From positions 1-55,194 of the forward strand of contig JBCDBX010000004.1 of NCBI GenBank assembly GCA_039182865.1: a stretch of 55,194 nucleotides of DNA, in the 5' to 3' direction. Made by a program: the position numbers and the translations under genes. Under the pieces are notes generated by a model that was given only the letters and a program-made list of their open reading frames with translations, searched no databases and was not told the DNA's origin. Each line of letters opens with the position of its first letter. Position 1 is the stretch's first letter. Source of the DNA: Pseudomonadota bacterium (GTDB taxonomy: Bacteria; Pseudomonadota; Gammaproteobacteria; UBA4575). Below are positions 50,457 through 55,194 of the stretch, in pieces.

Positions 50457-52922
50457 ATGTCTTTGTATTTAAAGCTATTTAAGTTCAGTTTCATCGGTTT
50501 TCTAGTAATGTCCGTCGTAGCAGTGGCAATTATTGGTATTACCTATCTAATTTACTCACCTCAGCTTCCAACTGTTGAGTCATTAAGAGACGTCCAATTA
50601 CAGACGCCACTCAAGGTTTATAGTCGAGAAGGTAAATTAATTGCACTCTATGGCAATCAACGCCGAGTGCCCTTGCAATACAATGAAATTCCAACTGAAC
50701 TAGTCAATGCGTTTCTTGCAGCAGAAGATGATCGTTTCTTTGAGCATCCTGGCGTTGATTACCAAGGTCTCTTAAGGGCTGGCATTAATCTAGTGATGAC
50801 CGGACAAAAGGCACAGGGCGGTAGCACGATCACTATGCAAGTGGCACGAAATTTCTTTTTAACGCCTGAGCGTACCTACACGCGTAAAATTAAAGAGATT
50901 TTCTTATCATTTAAAATTGAAGATACCCTCTCTAAACAAGAAATACTGGCGCTTTACTTGAATAAAATTTATTTGGGCCAAAGAGCCTACGGTGTAGGAG
51001 CAGCTTCTGAAGTATATTTTGGTAAGGATGTCTCAGAATTGTCCATACCAGAAGTTGCCATGATCGCAGGTCTTCCTAAGGCACCCTCTAGATTCAACCC
51101 TGTCAGCAATATTCAACGTGCAACTGTGCGACGTGACTATGTACTGGGACGTATGTTCAAGCTAGATATGATTACCGCGGAAGAATATGAAGAAGCGCTG
51201 CTAACGCCGGTAGAATCAAAAAGATACGCAGTCAATATAGAAGTCGACGCATCTTATGTGGGAGAAATGGTAAGAGCTTACATGTTTGATTTATATGGCG
51301 AAGAAGCATACACCGCTGGTTACAATGTGTACACTACCATTGAGGCTGACCAGCAAGTGGCGGCGGTTGAAGCTATCCAAAAAGGGATCGATGATTATGA
51401 CTTACGCCATGGTTATCGTGGTCCCGAAGGCACCATTTCTGCTGATCAATTAGAAGATACTGAGATATTGAATGAGCAATTAGGTCAAATACCAAACGTT
51501 GCTGATCTCCTTCCAGGTGTAGTGATTGAAGTTAATGATGAAGAGGCCCAAGTAGCATTAGAGGATAAGATAATTAATTTAAATCTTGAATCCGTTGAAT
51601 GGGCCAGTAAATATTCCACGCACAACTCTAAAGGTCCTAAACCAAAGTTAGTCACACAAGTATTGAAAGTCGGTGATGTAATTCGTGTGACCGAAACTAA
51701 AGATGGTTGGCAGCTTCGCCAAATTCCGGATGTCTCTAGCGCTATAGTTTCACTCGACCCTGATGACGGCGCCATCACCGCTTTAGTGGGTGGATACGAT
51801 TATTTTTCAAGTAAATTCAATCGCGTTATGCAGGCTAATCGACAACCCGGATCTTCTTTCAAACCATTCATTTATTCCGCAGCACTTGAAGCTGGGTTTA
51901 CACCCGCGACAACAATCAATGATGCTCCAGTCGTTTTTGAAAACCAAGAACAAGGAGAATCTTGGCGTCCAAATAACTACTCCGGTAAGTTTTTTGGTCC
52001 TACTCGTATGCGGTTAGCTTTAACTAAATCGCGCAACATGGTGTCGATTCGGTTATTGCGCGATATTGGGCGAAAGTTTGCACGAGAACATGCGAGTAAA
52101 TTTGGTTTTGAGGTGGATACCTTACCCAAAGATTTAACATTGGCGCTCGGAAGTGCAACTGTTACTCCTCTAAAATTGGCTGAGGCCTATTCCGTGCTAG
52201 CAAATGGGGGCTATAAAGTTGACCCCTATTTTATCAGTCGTATTGAAGGACCTGGTTCTGAATTACTATTCATCGAGAATCCGGTTCGCGTGTGTGATCA
52301 AGAATGCCAACGTTTGGCTTTTGAAATTTCACTGCATAATGAGGAATTAGAAGAGTTGGGTCTCACTCAAAATCAAGGACTAGAGAATCAAGAAATACGT
52401 TCAGCACCACGTGTGATTTCTGAGAGTAATGTATACCAAATGAATAGCATGCTGAGTGATGTTATCCAATTTGGCACCGGACGCAGGGCAAAAGTACTGA
52501 ATCGCTCAGATATTGCAGGGAAAACTGGCACGACCAACGAACAAAGAGATGCATGGTTTGCTGGATACCATCCTACTTCAGTAACCGTAGTATGGGTAGG
52601 TTTTGATAATCACGAACCTCTTGGTCGCAATGAAGCGGGTAGTGTCGCCGCATTGCCAATCTGGATTGATTTTATGAAAGTTGCCTTGAAGAATGCCCCC
52701 TATTATGAATCAGCTTTGCCCGAAGGTATGGTGGTGATGAAAGTACATCCTGACACAGGATTAATTGTGGATGATCTAGATCCCTCTGGTATAGAAGAGG
52801 CATTTTTAGTTGAACAATTACCAGGTATGAGTTGGACATCGCCTACATCCACGCAACCCATATTGCAGCCCGAAGCCTATATTGAAGGGTCGTCAGAGGC
52901 TTTACCGGAACAGCTCTTTTAG
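50457..52922 (+). CDS. mrcA: penicillin-binding protein 1A (bifunctional glycosyltransferase/transpeptidase)
   Basis: GT51 motifs EDDRFFEHPGVD, GGSTITMQ and RKIKE; transpeptidase motifs SSFKP, SRN and KTGTT. ATG at 50457 is preferred over the TTG at 50379. Confidence 0.93.
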   Translation: MSLYLKLFKFSFIGFLVMSVVAVAIIGITYLIYSPQLPTVESLRDVQLQTPLKVYSREGKLIALYGNQRRVPLQYNEIPTELVNAFLAAEDDRFFEHPGVDYQGLLRAGINLVMTGQKAQGGSTITMQVARNFFLTPERTYTRKIKEIFLSFKIEDTLSKQEILALYLNKIYLGQRAYGVGAASEVYFGKDVSELSIPEVAMIAGLPKAPSRFNPVSNIQRATVRRDYVLGRMFKLDMITAEEYEEALLTPVESKRYAVNIEVDASYVGEMVRAYMFDLYGEEAYTAGYNVYTTIEADQQVAAVEAIQKGIDDYDLRHGYRGPEGTISADQLEDTEILNEQLGQIPNVADLLPGVVIEVNDEEAQVALEDKIINLNLESVEWASKYSTHNSKGPKPKLVTQVLKVGDVIRVTETKDGWQLRQIPDVSSAIVSLDPDDGAITALVGGYDYFSSKFNRVMQANRQPGSSFKPFIYSAALEAGFTPATTINDAPVVFENQEQGESWRPNNYSGKFFGPTRMRLALTKSRNMVSIRLLRDIGRKFAREHASKFGFEVDTLPKDLTLALGSATVTPLKLAEAYSVLANGGYKVDPYFISRIEGPGSELLFIENPVRVCDQECQRLAFEISLHNEELEELGLTQNQGLENQEIRSAPRVISESNVYQMNSMLSDVIQFGTGRRAKVLNRSDIAGKTGTTNEQRDAWFAGYHPTSVTVVWVGFDNHEPLGRNEAGSVAALPIWIDFMKVALKNAPYYESALPEGMVVMKVHPDTGLIVDDLDPSGIEEAFLVEQLPGMSWTSPTSTQPILQPEAYIEGSSEALPEQLF

Positions 52923-52925
52923 TTG

Positions 52926-53996
52926 CTAGTATGTTTCGCGTAATGATTTACTATAATCGTGAACATAATCGACTAAAATTTTTACATTCGCAGGATCAAT
53001 CGCTGGATGTATGCCGTGGCCTAAGTTAAATATATGACCCGTATTTTTTTTATAGGCATCGAGTATCTTTTTTACTTCAGACTTAATCGTTTTTTCATCA
53101 GTATACATCACCGCTGGATCTAAATTTCCTTGCAGTGTCACGCGAGCACCCACGATTTCGCTAGCCTTATCAACATTGATTGTCCAATCAATACCGACAC
53201 CATCCGCGCCTGAAGATGCAAGTTTATCTAAAGCATGATTTGCACCCTTGGAAAAGAAAATAGACGGGATGCGAGCACCATCATACTTCTTATGAAGTTT
53301 TTCCAAGGCTCTTATCATAGGTTGCAGAGAAAATCTTTGGTAAGTCTCTGGTGATAACGCCCCACCCCAAGAATCAAAGATCATCACTGTTTGAGCCCCA
53401 GCTTCAATTTGAGCATTTAAATACTCAGCAACGCTATCACTTAGAATGTTTAATAATTTTTCCATGTCACGCGGCGAGCTATACAACAAACTTTTAACCT
53501 TGCTGAAATCTTTTGAAGAACCACCCTCTACCATATAAGTTGCTAGCGTCCATGGGCTACCTGAAAAGCCGATAAGAGGCACACGCCCGTTGAGTTCTTT
53601 ACGAATGAGAGAAACTCCATCAACCACATATTTAAGTTCAGTAAGCGGATCCGGGATAGCTAGATTCTCAATATCACGAGCATTGTTAATCGGATTAGTA
53701 AAAACAGGTCCATCACCTTCACGAAATTCTAAGCCTAATCCCATCGCATCTGGGATCGTTAGAATGTCTGAAAATAAGATGGCTGCATCCAAGTCAAACC
53801 GCTCCAGAGGCTGCAGGGTGACTTCACATGCCAATTCGGGTGTTTTGCAAAGTGTCAGAAAATCACCGGCTTTTTTGCGCGTGGCACGATACTCCGGCAG
53901 ATATCTACCTGCCTGACGCATGATCCAAATAGGTGTGTAATCGACAGGTTGGCGCAAAAGAGCACGAATAAAGGTATCGTTTTTCAGACTATTCAT
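52926..53996 (-). CDS. hemE: uroporphyrinogen decarboxylase
   Basis: TPIWIMRQAGRYLPEYR, ILFSDIL and FNLGHGI. Confidence 0.95.
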   Translation of the reverse strand: MNSLKNDTFIRALLRQPVDYTPIWIMRQAGRYLPEYRATRKKAGDFLTLCKTPELACEVTLQPLERFDLDAAILFSDILTIPDAMGLGLEFREGDGPVFTNPINNARDIENLAIPDPLTELKYVVDGVSLIRKELNGRVPLIGFSGSPWTLATYMVEGGSSKDFSKVKSLLYSSPRDMEKLLNILSDSVAEYLNAQIEAGAQTVMIFDSWGGALSPETYQRFSLQPMIRALEKLHKKYDGARIPSIFFSKGANHALDKLASSGADGVGIDWTINVDKASEIVGARVTLQGNLDPAVMYTDEKTIKSEVKKILDAYKKNTGHIFNLGHGIHPAIDPANVKILVDYVHDYSKSLRETY

Positions 53997-54038
53997 AGAC
54001 TTTGGAGACTAAAAGGAATGGAATTCCCTAGCAACTGC

Positions 54039-54488
54039 TTAGCCAGATAATTTATCTTTGATCAGTTTACTGACTTGCCCCATGTCAGCTCGGCCTTGCA
54101 ATTGAGGTTTTAGAATTCCCATAACCTTGCCCATGTCTTTCATGCTCGATGCTGAGGTTTGTTGCATGGCATCATTAATTAGCTGGGTGATTTCTCCTTC
54201 AGATAGGGCTTTTGGTAAGAATTCTGAAATAATCTCGAGCTCTTGTTTTTCTTTGGCGACCAAGTCGTCACGGCCAGCTTGTTCAAACTGAGATATAGAT
54301 TCACGACGCTGCTTTGCCATCTTATCGAGAATGACCAACATACTTTGATCATCGACCTGATCTCGAGTATCGACCTCAACTTGTTTGACAGCAGCTAGAA
54401 TGAGCCTGATGGTGGTAAGACGTTCTTTATTTCCGTCTTTCATCGCGGACTTCATGTCCGCAGTGATTTGCTCTTTTAGCGTGGGCAC
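54039..54488 (-). CDS. GatB/YqeY domain-containing protein
   Basis: 149 aa. MPTLKEQITADMKSAMKDGNKERLTTIRLILAAVKQ is typical of YqeY. Its start overlaps the rpsU stop by 1 nt. Confidence 0.85.
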   Translation of the reverse strand: MPTLKEQITADMKSAMKDGNKERLTTIRLILAAVKQVEVDTRDQVDDQSMLVILDKMAKQRRESISQFEQAGRDDLVAKEKQELEIISEFLPKALSEGEITQLINDAMQQTSASSMKDMGKVMGILKPQLQGRADMGQVSKLIKDKLSG

Positions 54489-54703
54489 TAATAGAGGCGT
54501 CGACGCTTTAGTGATGTACGAGAAACTCGCTTGAGATTACGTTTTACAGCAGCAGCTGCTTTACGTTTACGTACTGAAGTTGGTTTTTCATAGAATTCAC
54601 GACGGCGAACTTCGGTTAAAACACTCGCTTTTTCGCAAGATCGGCGAAAGCGTCGCAGGGCCACATCGAATGGCTCATTTTCTTTGACTCGTACTCCAGG
54701 CAT
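54488..54703 (-). CDS. rpsU: 30S ribosomal protein S21
   Basis: [42 protein letters not shown]..., with a GAGGA SD upstream. Confidence 0.95.
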   Translation of the reverse strand: MPGVRVKENEPFDVALRRFRRSCEKASVLTEVRRREFYEKPTSVRKRKAAAAVKRNLKRVSRTSLKRRRLY

Positions 54704-54729
54704 AAATCCTCGTTTTGGTTAAATGAAAA

Positions 54730-54757
54730 TTGTCGAAAAAGGACGCAGGATTATAAT
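54730..54757 (+). promoter_or_regulatory. candidate sigma-70 promoter for tsaD
   Basis: Plus strand: -35 TTGTCG (54730..54735), 16-bp spacer, -10 TATAAT (54752..54757), about 60 nt upstream of the tsaD ATG. Its -10 overlaps the rpsU -10 on the opposite strand. Confidence 0.35.
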
Positions 54758-54777
54758 TGCGTTATGCTCGATTTCAA
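54750..54777 (-). promoter_or_regulatory. candidate sigma-70 promoter for rpsU
   Basis: Minus strand: -35 TTGAAA (54772..54777), 16-bp spacer, -10 TATAAT (54750..54755), about 47 nt upstream of the rpsU ATG. Confidence 0.45.
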
Positions 54778-54817
54778 CCAAAATTAGGCTTTTTTCTTAA
54801 ATTTAAGCTAAAAAACC

Positions 54818-55194
54818 ATGAAAGTATTAGGAATTGAGAGTTCTTGCGACGAAACCGGCGTGGCCATCATTGATGAGCATCGCCGAATATTGGCGGAACA
54901 GCTCTACAGCCAAATTGATTTGCACGCCGAATATGGTGGTGTTGTGCCTGAATTAGCCTCGCGTGACCATATCCGCAAGTTACTCCCACTGACGAGAAAA
55001 TGTCTGGATGATGCGAATCTGACTATCCAAGATATTGATGCCGTCGCTTACACTGCGGGGCCTGGTTTGGTTGGCGCGCTGTTTGTGGGTGCGTCGGTGG
55101 GACAGTCTTTGGCCTGGGCATTGGGTATCCCTTCTATTCCTGTCCATCATATGGAAGCCCATCTATTGGTGCCTTTTCTGGAGCGAGACATTGA
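54818..55194 (+). CDS. tsaD: tRNA N6-adenosine threonylcarbamoyltransferase TsaD (5' part, runs off the window)
   Basis: I translated it as [21 protein letters not shown]...[13 protein letters not shown]...[15 protein letters not shown]...PVHHMEAH. It is not listed in the ORF track because no stop falls inside the window. Confidence 0.9.
   Translation, partial: MKVLGIESSCDETGVAIIDEHRRILAEQLYSQIDLHAEYGGVVPELASRDHIRKLLPLTRKCLDDANLTIQDIDAVAYTAGPGLVGALFVGASVGQSLAWALGIPSIPVHHMEAHLLVPFLERDI

Overview
This 55.2-kb window is chromosomal DNA from a low-GC Gram-negative bacterium. Gene content and synteny fit a gammaproteobacterium with a compact genome. I support about 57 protein genes, one of them below the ORF-track cutoff (tatA), plus one tRNA. 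I saw no rRNA, CRISPR array, IS element, integrase or phage genes. Most of the window is conserved housekeeping in recognisable synteny blocks:

- (a) comF, ubiA, a gamma-carbonic-anhydrase-like gene, then aroE-hemB-hemF-tsaC-topA-smg-dprA-tsaP(LysM), diverging from def-fmt-DUF4390-ntrY-ntrX-trkA-trkH. This resembles the E. coli yrdA..trkA and P. aeruginosa PA0016-PA0025 regions, but rsmB is missing.
- (b) An LpxL-like gene, ttcA and dtd, then hisB-H-A-F-E followed by tatA-B-C and gpmI. hisI is missing from its usual slot.
- (c) metY, an orphan substrate-binding protein, tRNA(CAU), and rpoD-dnaG.
- (d) pilM-N-O-P-Q-aroK-aroB-dGTPase-AAA/SPOR protein, diverging from ponA; then hemE, yqeY, rpsU, diverging from tsaD.

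The only clearly accessory stretch is about 28.5-34.6 kb. It holds a secreted protein of unknown function, a porin with a 640-bp ORF-free upstream region, two small unknown cytoplasmic proteins, a half-length orphan PqiA-like membrane protein, and a 615-aa ExeA/MshM-like protein. That last protein has lost its P-loop and carries a TPR-like periplasmic tail. This AT-rich, envelope-themed islet is my best candidate for an undescribed system, but function cannot be derived from sequence alone.

A second notable observation is an NtrX-like response regulator whose AAA+ catalytic motifs are all degenerate. All calls rest on reading the translated ORFs and the DNA by eye. No database search was run.
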